Shown here piece by piece: positions 9,443 to 19,702 of a DNA stretch of 64,000 bases. The stretch is from Halorutilales archaeon Cl-col2-1 (GTDB lineage: Archaea > Halobacteriota > Halobacteria > Halobacteriales > Afararchaeaceae). Each line of letters opens with the position of its first letter. Positions within the stretch are counted from its first letter, which is position 1. The notes under the pieces were generated by a model, which saw nothing but the letters and a program-made list of their open reading frames with translations, did not search any database and was not told the DNA's origin. The stretch is taken from the NCBI GenBank assembly GCA_041891055.1, contig CP169074.1:1408001-1472000 (forward strand). Direction: 5' to 3'. A program made the translations under genes and the position numbers.

Positions 9443-10255
9443 ATGACACGTACTTCGGTAAACGACCTCAGACGGATGAAGGAGAACAGTGAGAAGATCA
9501 CGATGCTGACGGCGTACGACGCGCCCACGGCAGAGATACTCGACGGCGAGGTCGAGATACTCCTTGTAGGCGACTCAGTCGGCAACACGCGTCTCGGCTA
9601 CGACACGACTCTCCCTGTGACTATTGACGAGATGGTCTCCCACACTGGCGCAGTCTCACGCGGTTCGGAGGAGTCGATGGTAGTGGCTGACATGCCCTTC
9701 GTTTCAGTTGGAGCCTCTGTCGAGAAGTCTGTCGAGAACGCCGGGAGGCTCCTCAAGGAAGCGGACGCGAACGCCGTCAAGATAGAGACACCACCCGGAG
9801 GCGAGGTCTCGGTCGAGGTCACTGAACGTCTCGTCGAGATAGGAATTCCGGTAATGGGACACATAGGTCTCACTCCCCAGCGGATCAACCAGATGGGGGG
9901 ACACAGGATACAGGGACGCGATTCAGAGACTGCCGATCTACTCGTTGAGACTGGGCGCAAACTCGAAGAAGCAGGTGTCTTCTGTCTCGTTGTCGAAGGG
10001 GTGCCCGAGGGAGTCGCGGGCGCAGTCACCGACGCGATAGACGTCCCGACTATAGGCATAGGCGCGGGAAGACATGTCGACGGACAGGTTCTCGTAATCG
10101 ACGATCTCATAGGTCTCTCAGAGGACTCACCGTCGTTCGTGAAGGAGTACGCAGACGTCAGGTCGACAGTAGAGGAGGCGGCGAGGGAGTACGCCGAAGA
10201 CGTCAAGAAGGGAGAGTTCCCCGCCGAGGAGCACGTCTTTGGAGACGAGACGTAG
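9443..10255 (+). CDS. panB: 3-methyl-2-oxobutanoate hydroxymethyltransferase
   Basis: MLTAYD, LVGDS, GHIGLTPQ, PTIGIGAG. Confidence 0.96.
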   Translation: MTRTSVNDLRRMKENSEKITMLTAYDAPTAEILDGEVEILLVGDSVGNTRLGYDTTLPVTIDEMVSHTGAVSRGSEESMVVADMPFVSVGASVEKSVENAGRLLKEADANAVKIETPPGGEVSVEVTERLVEIGIPVMGHIGLTPQRINQMGGHRIQGRDSETADLLVETGRKLEEAGVFCLVVEGVPEGVAGAVTDAIDVPTIGIGAGRHVDGQVLVIDDLIGLSEDSPSFVKEYADVRSTVEEAAREYAEDVKKGEFPAEEHVFGDET

Positions 10256-10305
10256 ACGTAGAAGACGAAGATTGAAGGCGCGAGATGCCACATCTCAGGC
10301 AAGAA

Positions 10306-11001
10306 ATGAAATCCACATCGGGATCAGAGAGGGAAAAGAGAAACGCGGGTGAGTCGGCGGCGGATCTCGTGTCCGACGGCGACGTAGTGGGTCTCGGGAC
10401 GGGAAGTACGACCGCCTACGCGGTAAGACGTCTCGGCGAGCGGATCAGAGAAGAGGGTCTCGAAATAAGGGGAATACCGACTTCGTACCAGTCGCGCCAG
10501 ATCGCTATCGAGGAGGGGATACCTCTAACGTCGCTCGACGTCGAGACTCCCGACATAGACATAGACGGAGCCGACCAGTTCGACGACGACCTCAGCCTAG
10601 TAAAGGGCGGAGGTGCCGCACATCTGAGGGAGAAGATAGTCGCGTCGGCGTCCGACAGAGTCGTCATAGTCGCCGACGAGTCGAAGTACTCCAAGACTCT
10701 CGACTATCCGGTTCCCGTCGAAGTCGTCGGAGACGCCGTCGATGTAGTCGAGTCACGTCTCTCGGATATGGGAGGCGACCCCGAGTTACGCGAGGCAGAG
10801 AGAAAAGACGGTCCCGTGGTCACCGACAACGGAAACCTCGTGCTCGACGTCGACTTCGGCGAGTTCGACGCTTCGAGTCTCGAACCGCGTATATCCGAAG
10901 TTCCGGGTGTCGTAGAACACGGCGTCTTCGAGGGGATCGCCGACGAGATACACATAGGAAAGGAAGACGGAGTCAAGGTCAAGAGGAAGCAGAATGGATA
11001 G
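10306..11001 (+). CDS. rpiA: Ribose-5-phosphate isomerase A
   Basis: GLGTGST, DGAD, KGGGAAHLREK. Confidence 0.96.
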   Translation: MKSTSGSEREKRNAGESAADLVSDGDVVGLGTGSTTAYAVRRLGERIREEGLEIRGIPTSYQSRQIAIEEGIPLTSLDVETPDIDIDGADQFDDDLSLVKGGGAAHLREKIVASASDRVVIVADESKYSKTLDYPVPVEVVGDAVDVVESRLSDMGGDPELREAERKDGPVVTDNGNLVLDVDFGEFDASSLEPRISEVPGVVEHGVFEGIADEIHIGKEDGVKVKRKQNG

Positions 11002-11010
11002 AGGTGTACC

Positions 11011-13071
11011 ATGAAGAAGGAGATGACGAGTGTCGATATAGCCGCAGTCGTGAGCGAACTCTCGGAGCTCGAAGGCGCGAAGTTCGACAAGTTCTACCAG
11101 TACGAAGACGGCAAGGTTCGGGTCAAGATACGTGACTACGACAGAGGGCGTCTCGACCTCATAATCGAGACGGGCGACTGGAAGAGGATACATCTCACAC
11201 AGAACCCCGAGGAAGCACCCCAGAGACCCCCTAACCTTCCTATGCTGATGAGGAAACGTCTCTCAGGGGGCGAGATCGCGTCGGTAGATCAGTACGACTT
11301 CGACAGGATAGTCGAGATAAGAGGCGAGAGAGAAGACGAGTACTCAATGGTCGCGGAGCTATTCGGCGACGGCAACTTCGTCTTCACCGAGTCGGACGGA
11401 ACTGTCCTGAGATCGACCGAGACGGTACGTCTCAAGACTAGGACTGTCGCGCCGGGAGAGGAGTACGTCTTCCCGCAGTCACGTCTCAATCCTCTCGAAC
11501 TCACGTACGACGGCTTCGTCGAGACGATGGAGGACTCCGACACCGACTTCGTGAGGACGCTCGCGTCACAGCTCAACTTCGGGGGTCTCTACGCCGAGGA
11601 GATCTGTGCGCGCGCGGGGATCGAGAAGGAGAAAGCGATATCGGACGCCGACGAGGACGACTACGAGGCACTCTTCGAGGCGATGGAGGATATATTCTCT
11701 CCCCTCAGAGACACCGACGGCGGCGTGGGAGCCGAGGATCTCGACCCCCAGATAGTCTACGACGGAGACGGAGATCCCGTCGACGTCGTTCCTTTCAGCC
11801 TCAAAAAATACGAAGACGACCAGAAGGAGAAGTACGAGAGCTTCAACGACGCCCTAGACGCCTACTTCGACGAGGCGAAGGAGAAGGAAGAGGAGGAAAG
11901 CGAGGAGGCGGAGTCGGCGCTCGAAGAGGAGATACAGAAGTACGGACACATAATACGTCAGCAGGAGGAAGCCGTCGAGGAGTTCGAGGAGGAGGAAGAG
12001 GAGCTAAAACAGAAAGCCGAGAGGCTCTACGCGAAGTACGATGTCGTCGACGAGCTTCTGTCGAACGTCAGGGAGGCGAGATCGTCGGGACAGACGTGGG
12101 ACGGGATAGAGGAGACTCTCGAAGAGGCGAGTCAGAAGGGTATAGAGTCAGCCGAGATAGTCGAGTCGGTGAGAGGACAGGATGGAGTGATAGAGATAGA
12201 CCTCGGGGAGGGAACTGTCGAGATCGATGTCGGCGAGGGCATAGAGGAGAACGCGAGCCGTCTCTACGACGAAGCGAAGAATCTGAGGGAGAAGAGAGAG
12301 GGAGCGATAGAGGCTCTCGAAAACAGCAGACAGGAGCTTGAGGAGCTAAAGAAGAGGAAGGAGGAAGAGGAGACCGAGGAAGACGAAGAAGAGGACAAGA
12401 CAGTCGTGAAGCCTCGGGGCGAGATGTGGTACGACAGATTCCGGTGGTTCAGAACCTCCGACGGATTCCTCGTGATAGGCGGCAGAAACGCCGATCAGAA
12501 CGAGGAGATATACAAGAAGTACACCGAGTCGAACGACCTCTTCTTCCACACTCAGGCACACGGTGCTCCCATAACCATCCTGAAGGCTACCGAACCAAAC
12601 GAGCCGAAGAAGGACGTCGATTTCCCCGAGTCGAGCAAGAGACAGGCGGCGATATTCGCGGCGTCGTACTCGTCTGTCTGGGACGCTGGACACGGAACCG
12701 CGGACGTCTACTCCGCGACCCCCGACCAGCTATCGAAGACGCCCGAGAGCGGCGAGTACATAGAGAAGGGTAGCGTCGTCGTGAGGGGAGACCGAGAGTA
12801 CTACACGGTTCCCTTGAGCGTCGGCGTAGGTCTACGTCTCGACGAGAAGGCGGGTGTGATAGGCGGCCCGCCCGAGGCGATAGAGGACAGATCGAAGTAC
12901 TACGTCGAGTTAGAGCCGGGTATGTACTCACAGAACGACACCGCGAAGAAGATATACAGGAGGTTCAGGGAGGAAGCCGAAGGCAGGGACGAGAAGCTAG
13001 TCAGGAAGATGGCGAGTCCCGACAAGATACAGAAGTTCCTCCCGACGGGTGGGTCACGTCTGAAGGAGTAA
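11011..13071 (+). CDS. rqcH: Ribosome rescue protein RqcH (NFACT/NEMF family)
   Basis: N-terminal QYDFDRIV/ELFGDGN, coiled coil, WYDRFRWF..GGRNADQNE. Confidence 0.92.
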   Translation: MKKEMTSVDIAAVVSELSELEGAKFDKFYQYEDGKVRVKIRDYDRGRLDLIIETGDWKRIHLTQNPEEAPQRPPNLPMLMRKRLSGGEIASVDQYDFDRIVEIRGEREDEYSMVAELFGDGNFVFTESDGTVLRSTETVRLKTRTVAPGEEYVFPQSRLNPLELTYDGFVETMEDSDTDFVRTLASQLNFGGLYAEEICARAGIEKEKAISDADEDDYEALFEAMEDIFSPLRDTDGGVGAEDLDPQIVYDGDGDPVDVVPFSLKKYEDDQKEKYESFNDALDAYFDEAKEKEEEESEEAESALEEEIQKYGHIIRQQEEAVEEFEEEEEELKQKAERLYAKYDVVDELLSNVREARSSGQTWDGIEETLEEASQKGIESAEIVESVRGQDGVIEIDLGEGTVEIDVGEGIEENASRLYDEAKNLREKREGAIEALENSRQELEELKKRKEEEETEEDEEEDKTVVKPRGEMWYDRFRWFRTSDGFLVIGGRNADQNEEIYKKYTESNDLFFHTQAHGAPITILKATEPNEPKKDVDFPESSKRQAAIFAASYSSVWDAGHGTADVYSATPDQLSKTPESGEYIEKGSVVVRGDREYYTVPLSVGVGLRLDEKAGVIGGPPEAIEDRSKYYVELEPGMYSQNDTAKKIYRRFREEAEGRDEKLVRKMASPDKIQKFLPTGGSRLKE

Positions 13072-13089
13072 AGACGTTCACAGACGTTC

Positions 13090-13161
13090 GCTAATCGAAG
13101 ATTAGCTAGTCCTCGAAAACGCGTAGCGTTTTCGGTTGCAACGAGACGCGAAGCGTCTCGT
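13090..13161. repeat. Three tandem perfect hairpins with GNA triloops between convergent genes
   Basis: GCTAATC-GAA-GATTAGC (13090-13106), CGAAAACGC-GTA-GCGTTTTCG (13114-13134), ACGAGACGC-GAA-GCGTCTCGT (13141-13161). Confidence 0.85.
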
Positions 13162-13182
13162 CATGCCCTGTAAATCAAAGAT

Positions 13183-15648
13183 TTACAGACGCGTCCAGAG
13201 GACGAGCGTCGGCGGTAGGACGATCACTGAAGTGAGATACGAGTAGAAGACACTCAGACCCGTCATCAGACCGAACTGTCCGAGTATCGGGGTTATCGCG
13301 AGTACGAGGACTCCGATTCCCGTTGTCGTCGTGAGCATACTTCCCGTGAGTGCTCCTCCGGTTCCCCGGAGAGTCTTGAAGAGCGCGGCGTAGGTGTCGT
13401 GGCTCTCCTCGTACTCGTCTACGAACCTGTGTGTCGTATGTACCGAGTAGTCGACTCCTAATCCGATGGTTATAGAGAGTATGGTCGCAGTCATCGCGTT
13501 GAACGAGACACCGAGGTAACGCATCGACGCCGCGATGAGTGCTAGTGTCGTCACGACGGGGACGAGGTTGGCGATCCCGAGAGACGGTCTTCCCTCTATC
13601 ACGGAGTAGACGATCACAAGGAAGACCGCTGTGGCTCCGAGGGCTAAGACCAGGCTCCGGAGAGCCGACTCGAATATGACGTCTGAGACAGCCTTGAAGA
13701 CCACAGTCTGCCCCGTGGCTATCGCAGTGTACCTGTATCTGTCTGCGACCGACCTCGCGTCCTGAGTGACCTCGGCGTCAGAGGCGTCGCCCTCGACGGA
13801 GTAGACGACACGTGTTGACCGTCTGTCATCAGTAATATAGCTGAGAGCACGGTCGCGGTACGGCGACGTGAGGAGGGCGTCGTAGATCTCGCCGAGGTTT
13901 TCGTCGGGGACTCCGTTCGAGTTCTGATCGTTCCTCTCTACGAGCCTCCCGAAGCTCTCCGACTCGCGCGCGTACTGACGTATGACGGTCACGATGCTCT
14001 CGGCTCTCGCGTCACGTCCGTCCCGTAGGAAGGTTCCAGGCGGGTTCGTTCCCGCCCTCACGATGCTTTCGAGGGCGGAGTCGTCTTCGAGATGACCCTC
14101 GACGTAGACCGTAATCTGTGCGTCCTCGTTCGACTCGAACTTCTCCTCAAGGTAGTTCGTGGTCTCTGTGACCGTGTACTCGCTCGGGGCGAAGGGTTCG
14201 GGTAGATCCCTCACGAGGGGCGAGACCTCCTCGGGGGGCAGGAAGTCGTCACGTGAGAAAGACGTGTCGACACCGGTGCCGTAGTAGGCGGTTCCTGCGG
14301 TGAGAACTAAGAGGACTGCGAGGAAGACCCCGGGTGACGGACGTGAGACACGCGCTCCTAAGGGAAGGAGTCTTCCGAGGACGGAGTCCTCCGATCCGAG
14401 AGGCTGTGAGCCGAACTCGGGGAGAGAGAGGGCTTCGCGCTTCCTGTCGAGATAGAGCTTCGCGGCGGGTAGAAAGACGCCGAACACGAGCGTAGTGAAG
14501 ACCATTCCTACGGCGGCGACACGTCCGAAGTCACGTATCGGACCCAGCGCGCTCGTAGTGTTCGCCGAGAAGCCGAGCACAGTCGTGCCTGCGACTATGA
14601 AGAAGGCGACGAGAAGCTGGTCTGTCGCGGTTCTCATAGAGTCGTCGACCCCGTTTCCGGCGACCCTCTCCTCCCTGTACCTGTTGACCGCGTGTATCCC
14701 GAAGTCGATTCCGACGGCTAGGAGTAGAGGTGGAATCGCTATCAGCATCTGTGAGAAAGCGATTCCGGCGAGACCCATGTAGCCGAATGTCCATACCATC
14801 GCCATCACGAGTGAGACTACACCGAGGAGGAGATCGAAGGGATCGCGGTAGGCGACCACGAGGAAGACGAGTATGAGTACCGACGCCGCGGGGACGACTA
14901 TGAGAAGAGAGTCGGTTACGACGTTCGAGAACTCGTCGTCTATGATTCCGCTTCCGAAGACACGTATGTCGCCGCCGACGGAGTCGACGACTGTCTGTGA
15001 CCTGAGCTGTATGTCGGTCATAATAGAGCCGCCGCCTCCGCCCCCTCCACCTCCGCCGCCGCCAGTCTCGCCCGGAACCCTGTGTGTGACTACTCCGAGT
15101 GCTGCGGATGCAGTAGCCGACTCCGAGTTGAAGTCCTTAGAGACGAGGCTCGTGAAACGTATGTTATCAGCCGACTCCCTCACAGCCGACCTTACTTCGG
15201 AGGAGGTCGCCGACTCGACGGCTTCGATCTGTTCTTCAAGTGTCGAAGCCGAGGGATCGAGTTTAGTCGCGACGAGCCTCGCGGCGGAGTTCGCCGACTC
15301 GACCCTCAGAGACTCCCTCTCCGACATCCTCTTCTGTGCTCTCAGCATTCTCAGAATCCCGTGTTTCGAGACGACGTTCTCGCCCGACTGTATTAGCTGA
15401 GTGCTCGCCTCGTCGCCCTCGAATGAGTACTCGAACTTCTCCTCGACCTGGTCGAGAGCCTCCTGGGCGGGCATATCCTGTGTGAACTGTTCGGTTCCGG
15501 TCTCGGTTCCGCTCGCTCCGAGACCCGTCGCGAAGACTAGAGTGACTGCTAAGAAGACGATTAGGACGTACTTCGTCCTGTTGACAATCCAGTCGTCAAC
15601 CCTGTCGATAGCCTTCTGGTATGTCGGGACTGTGTCGTCTTCGGACAC
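13183..15648 (-). CDS. RND/MMPL-family efflux transporter
   Basis: Two repeats with GIDFGIH and GLGVDYSVH motifs, about 12 TM. Confidence 0.9.
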   Translation of the reverse strand: MSEDDTVPTYQKAIDRVDDWIVNRTKYVLIVFLAVTLVFATGLGASGTETGTEQFTQDMPAQEALDQVEEKFEYSFEGDEASTQLIQSGENVVSKHGILRMLRAQKRMSERESLRVESANSAARLVATKLDPSASTLEEQIEAVESATSSEVRSAVRESADNIRFTSLVSKDFNSESATASAALGVVTHRVPGETGGGGGGGGGGGGSIMTDIQLRSQTVVDSVGGDIRVFGSGIIDDEFSNVVTDSLLIVVPAASVLILVFLVVAYRDPFDLLLGVVSLVMAMVWTFGYMGLAGIAFSQMLIAIPPLLLAVGIDFGIHAVNRYREERVAGNGVDDSMRTATDQLLVAFFIVAGTTVLGFSANTTSALGPIRDFGRVAAVGMVFTTLVFGVFLPAAKLYLDRKREALSLPEFGSQPLGSEDSVLGRLLPLGARVSRPSPGVFLAVLLVLTAGTAYYGTGVDTSFSRDDFLPPEEVSPLVRDLPEPFAPSEYTVTETTNYLEEKFESNEDAQITVYVEGHLEDDSALESIVRAGTNPPGTFLRDGRDARAESIVTVIRQYARESESFGRLVERNDQNSNGVPDENLGEIYDALLTSPYRDRALSYITDDRRSTRVVYSVEGDASDAEVTQDARSVADRYRYTAIATGQTVVFKAVSDVIFESALRSLVLALGATAVFLVIVYSVIEGRPSLGIANLVPVVTTLALIAASMRYLGVSFNAMTATILSITIGLGVDYSVHTTHRFVDEYEESHDTYAALFKTLRGTGGALTGSMLTTTTGIGVLVLAITPILGQFGLMTGLSVFYSYLTSVIVLPPTLVLWTRL

Positions 15649-15651
15649 GTA

Positions 15652-17256
15652 CTATCTCCTCCGCCACCAGACGGCTCCGCCAGCTATGACTAAGACGACC
15701 ACGACGGCTATCGGAACCAGTGGAAGACCTCCCGACTCGTCGGGCTGAGTCACATCGATCGGAACGCTGTATGTGTCAGAGAGTTCCTGGTCTCCGTCCT
15801 CGTCGTAGCTGAAGTCGACCGAGACAGGGTAGGTCTTCGGAAGTGCTCCGCCGCCTGCGCTCACGCCGAAGGTGACAGTCTCCGACTCACCGGATTCGAG
15901 AGACGAGATGAAAGCCTCGTCGTCGCTGCTCGAAAGAGGATCATTCGTGAAGAGCTTAGCGTTTATGTTGGTGAGTGTCTCGTCGCCGTTGTTGGTGACC
16001 CTCATCTCGACCGACTCCGATCCTCCCGCGCCCACAGTCGCGTTTAGGGGCTCGACTAAGAACTCGTCACGTTCGTCTCCGATGTCGACCTTGACGTCGA
16101 CGGCATCACTCCTCCTGACGTCCCCGTTCTGGTTCCTGTAACGAACGACGTAAGAGAGCTGACGGCTTCCCGCCTCAGCCTCGTCGTTGATCTCGGCAGT
16201 GAAGTCGAACCCCTTCGACTCGCCGGCTCCGAGGTCTCCGACTGCGTACTCTGTCTCCTTCGGATTGATGTTGGGGCTCGAAGTCTGAAGCGTAACGACT
16301 GCGTTCGAGACTGTACTGTTGGCGGAGTTGACGACCTCGCCCGAGACTCTTCCCTCGTCTCCGACACGGAGGTCGCTCTCGTGGTTAACGACCTCGAACT
16401 CCTGTTCGGGAGACGGAAGCAGACCCGCAGAGAGGTCGTCGGACACACGGGGTATTCCGTCTGTGTCGTCGAAGTTCACTCTTGTTGTGACAGAGTAACG
16501 TCGGGGTATCGCGTCCTCGTTGACGCCGACCCTGTACTTGACCGTCTTAGTCTCCCCAGCCTCCCAGAATCCGACCTCGCTCCTCGCGGTCGACGATCCC
16601 GAGAAGCTGAGCTTCGCGTCGTTCGACGTCACCGAGACCTCGGGGTTACGTGCAGGCTGCGTACCGACGTTTTTTATATCGAGGGTCATCGTACCAGTGT
16701 CTCCGACGAGGACGTCAGAGGAAGAGTCGGAGACCTCGAACCTCGCCCTGTCTATGACACGGATCTCGACGTACTTCGTCTCCTCGCGCGAGAAATCGTT
16801 GTAGTCGGGAGAGGTGACGTCACTGTACTCAACCGACCGCGTGTACCTGTACTCTATGTCGACACGGAGACGGTAGACACCGGGCTCGGCGTCCTCATCC
16901 ACCGTGACAGTGAAAGGATACGGTCCTTTGACCCCTTCAGGAACTGACCCGACAGCGACCTCTCCCGTCTTTATATCGACGGGAGCGTTACGGCTCGTGG
17001 CCTCCATCGTCATCCCCCTTGCAGTCTTGACACGCTGCTCGTGCTGGGCGGGTCCGCCCTGTTCTATGTTGCCGTCGTTGAGTACGTCGATCCGTAGCTG
17101 TCTCTCCTCTCCCGGCAGAAACCTGTGATCCGACGCCGTGAGGTCTATCTCGGGGCTTCCTATCACAGAGTTCGCCGCCGAGACTGTCGCCGGAGCCGTC
17201 GAGACAGTCACGGTCAGTACCAGAAGAGTCAGAAAAGCGGCTCGTCTATCTCTCAT
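15652..17256 (-). CDS. COG1361 S-layer-domain protein (RND partner)
   Basis: Signal peptide, repeated Ig-like beta units, C-terminal TM plus WWRRR. Confidence 0.8.
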   Translation of the reverse strand: MRDRRAAFLTLLVLTVTVSTAPATVSAANSVIGSPEIDLTASDHRFLPGEERQLRIDVLNDGNIEQGGPAQHEQRVKTARGMTMEATSRNAPVDIKTGEVAVGSVPEGVKGPYPFTVTVDEDAEPGVYRLRVDIEYRYTRSVEYSDVTSPDYNDFSREETKYVEIRVIDRARFEVSDSSSDVLVGDTGTMTLDIKNVGTQPARNPEVSVTSNDAKLSFSGSSTARSEVGFWEAGETKTVKYRVGVNEDAIPRRYSVTTRVNFDDTDGIPRVSDDLSAGLLPSPEQEFEVVNHESDLRVGDEGRVSGEVVNSANSTVSNAVVTLQTSSPNINPKETEYAVGDLGAGESKGFDFTAEINDEAEAGSRQLSYVVRYRNQNGDVRRSDAVDVKVDIGDERDEFLVEPLNATVGAGGSESVEMRVTNNGDETLTNINAKLFTNDPLSSSDDEAFISSLESGESETVTFGVSAGGGALPKTYPVSVDFSYDEDGDQELSDTYSVPIDVTQPDESGGLPLVPIAVVVVLVIAGGAVWWRRR

Positions 17257-17340
17257 ACTCCGCCTCCGTGTAGATCATGTTGGGGATAAGCGGTCTACAC
17301 GGATAAAGGATTTCTCACTACGCGAGTCTAGATTCCTACA

Positions 17341-17844
17341 CTAGACTAGAAGCTGTATGTCGCAGTCCGCCATCATCTCAAGAGCCGTCGCCGCGCCGAC
17401 TCCCGCCTCGGTTCCCTCAACGAAGTCATCCTCATCGTAGTCGAAGAGATCGGCTGTCATCTGACACGCGAGCATGTCAACACCGGCTTCGTTACACATC
17501 TCGACGAGTTCGTCTATCTCGGCAACGTTCTCCTCGTCCATCTCCTTCTTCATCATCTTCGTCGTCATCGATGTCATACCCGGGAGCATTCCGACGATGT
17601 TGGGCATCGGCGCGGGAAGATTGGGGTTGCCCACAGGAGACACCTTGAGGTTCTTCATCTTGTCCTTGTGAAGTATGTCGAGACCCCAGAAGGTGAAGAA
17701 GACGTGGACATTCCAGCCGAAAGCCGCGGCAGTAGAGGCGAGTATGAGAGGTGGGTAAGCCATATCTAGTGTTCCCTTCGTAGCTATAATTCCCATCGAC
17801 TTGGTATCGTCTGCCTCTGACATAACTACACAATACTCTTCCAT
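17341..17844 (-). CDS. DsrE/DsrF/DrsH-like sulfur-relay protein
   Basis: KGTLDMAYPPLILASTAAA, FFTFWGL, ACQMT; true start may be the second Met (17823). Confidence 0.85.
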   Translation of the reverse strand: MEEYCVVMSEADDTKSMGIIATKGTLDMAYPPLILASTAAAFGWNVHVFFTFWGLDILHKDKMKNLKVSPVGNPNLPAPMPNIVGMLPGMTSMTTKMMKKEMDEENVAEIDELVEMCNEAGVDMLACQMTADLFDYDEDDFVEGTEAGVGAATALEMMADCDIQLLV

Positions 17845-17893
17845 GACGCTACTTAACGGTTGTCAGTCCGTGAAATATACTACCTGCGTAGTA

Positions 17894-19240
17894 CTACTCG
17901 ACTACTTCGGGAGAGATATGTGTGGCAAAGACGGAGCCGAACTCCTCGACGAGACGTGTACAGTCGTCGTCGACATAGACATCGTAGCCCTCGTGGATCT
18001 TCTCCTCGACGTGTTTACCCATGCCTATATCTAAGAAGTCGTCGCTCTCGACGAATGAGGCGACTGTAGGATAGTCACGTTCCCTCTCTACGACGTACCT
18101 CCCGTCGTCTATGTAGGGTCCGACTACGTCGGCGTCGGCGTACTTCGACCTGAAGCTCTCGGCGTGTTGACGGACGTGGACGGGCGGACCGAGATGTCTC
18201 TCGACCCTCGACTGTTCAGCTATGTTGAGCTCTAAGAGTATCAGCCCGCGGTCGTCAGCAGCTACGTCGGATCTCAGAACCTCGAAGCCACGTCTCTCGA
18301 CCTCGTCGACTAGAGAAGACTCGGTCTTTCTGAGCTGGGGATAGAGCTGATCCTCAACTACGTCGGGCGACTCGAAGGTCACACAGACGACTGTGGTCTG
18401 TCTGTCTTCGATGTACTTTTCGAGTTCCTCTCGGCTGACTGTCCCGGGGTTCGACTCGAAGAAGAGAGACTTCCGGGGCTCGGCGGAGAGACGCCGGCAC
18501 GCGTGTACGAAACGCGCGAAGTTGTCGAGGCTCAGGACGGCGGCGACGTTTCTCTCGGGATCTGTGGGGTCTACGACGACTAGAGGGTCGTCGAACTCCT
18601 TCGTACCGTGATCCTCTATGTCGATGGTGACCTGTGGGCTCCAGTCGGAAGCCGCCTCGATAGCCTCCTCGAATCCGCCGTAATGGAGGACGAGAAGCTC
18701 ACACAGGTATCCGCTGAATCCCCTCGTACGTAGCTCGCTCCCGTAGACACCGATCCCCTTCGTGAACGACTTGAGGAGACGGGCATCGTCTGTGTCTTCG
18801 AGTCTCTCGGAGACATACCGGTTGTGGAAGGGCGTCCTGTCGACAGCGGTCTTCGCCTCGGTCGCCGACTCGACGTCGTAACACGGCACGAGGTCGATGT
18901 CGTAGCCTCGGTCGTGTCCCTTGACGTAGGGGTGTTCGGCGTACTCGACGACACCGTCGGGGAAGACCTGCTTACCGACGTCGAGACCCGTCTCTTCTAG
19001 ATCGTCTCTGGGGAGGTCGTCGGGTAGAAGAAGGAAGACGTCTATGTCCCTGTCACCCGAGATCCAAGTGTCACGCGCAGCACTTCCGACGAGTTCGACG
19101 TCGGCGTCGATCCCCCTCTCGTCGATAGCCTCTCGTGCCCTCCGTCTTACGTTCTCGAAGACATCGCGGAGACGGTCACGCTCGTCGTCGTCGGGGATTA
19201 CGTCTTCGAGAACCTCGTCGGTGACCTGGTCGAGTCGCAT
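17894..19240 (-). CDS. cca: CCA-adding enzyme (archaeal class I)
   Basis: VGS.ARDTW..GDRDIDVF, YAEHPY, AVDRTPFH, GFSGYLCELL. Confidence 0.96.
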   Translation of the reverse strand: MRLDQVTDEVLEDVIPDDDERDRLRDVFENVRRRAREAIDERGIDADVELVGSAARDTWISGDRDIDVFLLLPDDLPRDDLEETGLDVGKQVFPDGVVEYAEHPYVKGHDRGYDIDLVPCYDVESATEAKTAVDRTPFHNRYVSERLEDTDDARLLKSFTKGIGVYGSELRTRGFSGYLCELLVLHYGGFEEAIEAASDWSPQVTIDIEDHGTKEFDDPLVVVDPTDPERNVAAVLSLDNFARFVHACRRLSAEPRKSLFFESNPGTVSREELEKYIEDRQTTVVCVTFESPDVVEDQLYPQLRKTESSLVDEVERRGFEVLRSDVAADDRGLILLELNIAEQSRVERHLGPPVHVRQHAESFRSKYADADVVGPYIDDGRYVVERERDYPTVASFVESDDFLDIGMGKHVEEKIHEGYDVYVDDDCTRLVEEFGSVFATHISPEVVE

Positions 19241-19276
19241 ACCCGAACTTCGGAACTAACCTAAAAAGGGCTTGCT

Positions 19277-19702
19277 TTAGGACTCCGACTCTATCTCGTC
19301 CATCAGAGACTCGACACGTCTCCGTATCTCGTCACGTATCTCTCTGACCTCTTCGAGAGGCTGCGAGTCGGGATCGTCGAGATCCCAGTCACGGCTCTCA
19401 GCAGTCGCGGTCGAGGGACAGACGTCAGAGGCGGAACATCCCATCGTAACGACGTAGTCGGCGTCGTCGAGTTCGTCGAACTGTATCTCACGTGGCTCGC
19501 GGTCTATGACATAGCCCGTCTCGGACATAGCCTCGGCGACGACCTCGTGTACCTCGTCGGCGGGCTGAGTGCCTCCCGTGATCACCTCGATCTCGGAGGT
19601 GAGACCTCGCTTCTCTGTCTCCCTCCGGGCGAACTCGGTTGCGATCTGTGAACGTCCCGCGTTCTGAACACAGACGAAAGCCACAGTAGTCTTATCCGAC
19701 AA
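19277..19702 (-). CDS. arsC: LMW-phosphatase-family arsenate reductase
   Basis: CVQNAGRSQ loop, MGC...CP, WDLDDP. Confidence 0.85.
   Translation of the reverse strand: MSDKTTVAFVCVQNAGRSQIATEFARRETEKRGLTSEIEVITGGTQPADEVHEVVAEAMSETGYVIDREPREIQFDELDDADYVVTMGCSASDVCPSTATAESRDWDLDDPDSQPLEEVREIRDEIRRRVESLMDEIESES

Noticed and set aside
15028-15063. Poly-glycine run in the RND transporter
   Set aside because: In frame, mixed codons, loop linker; no sign of phase variation
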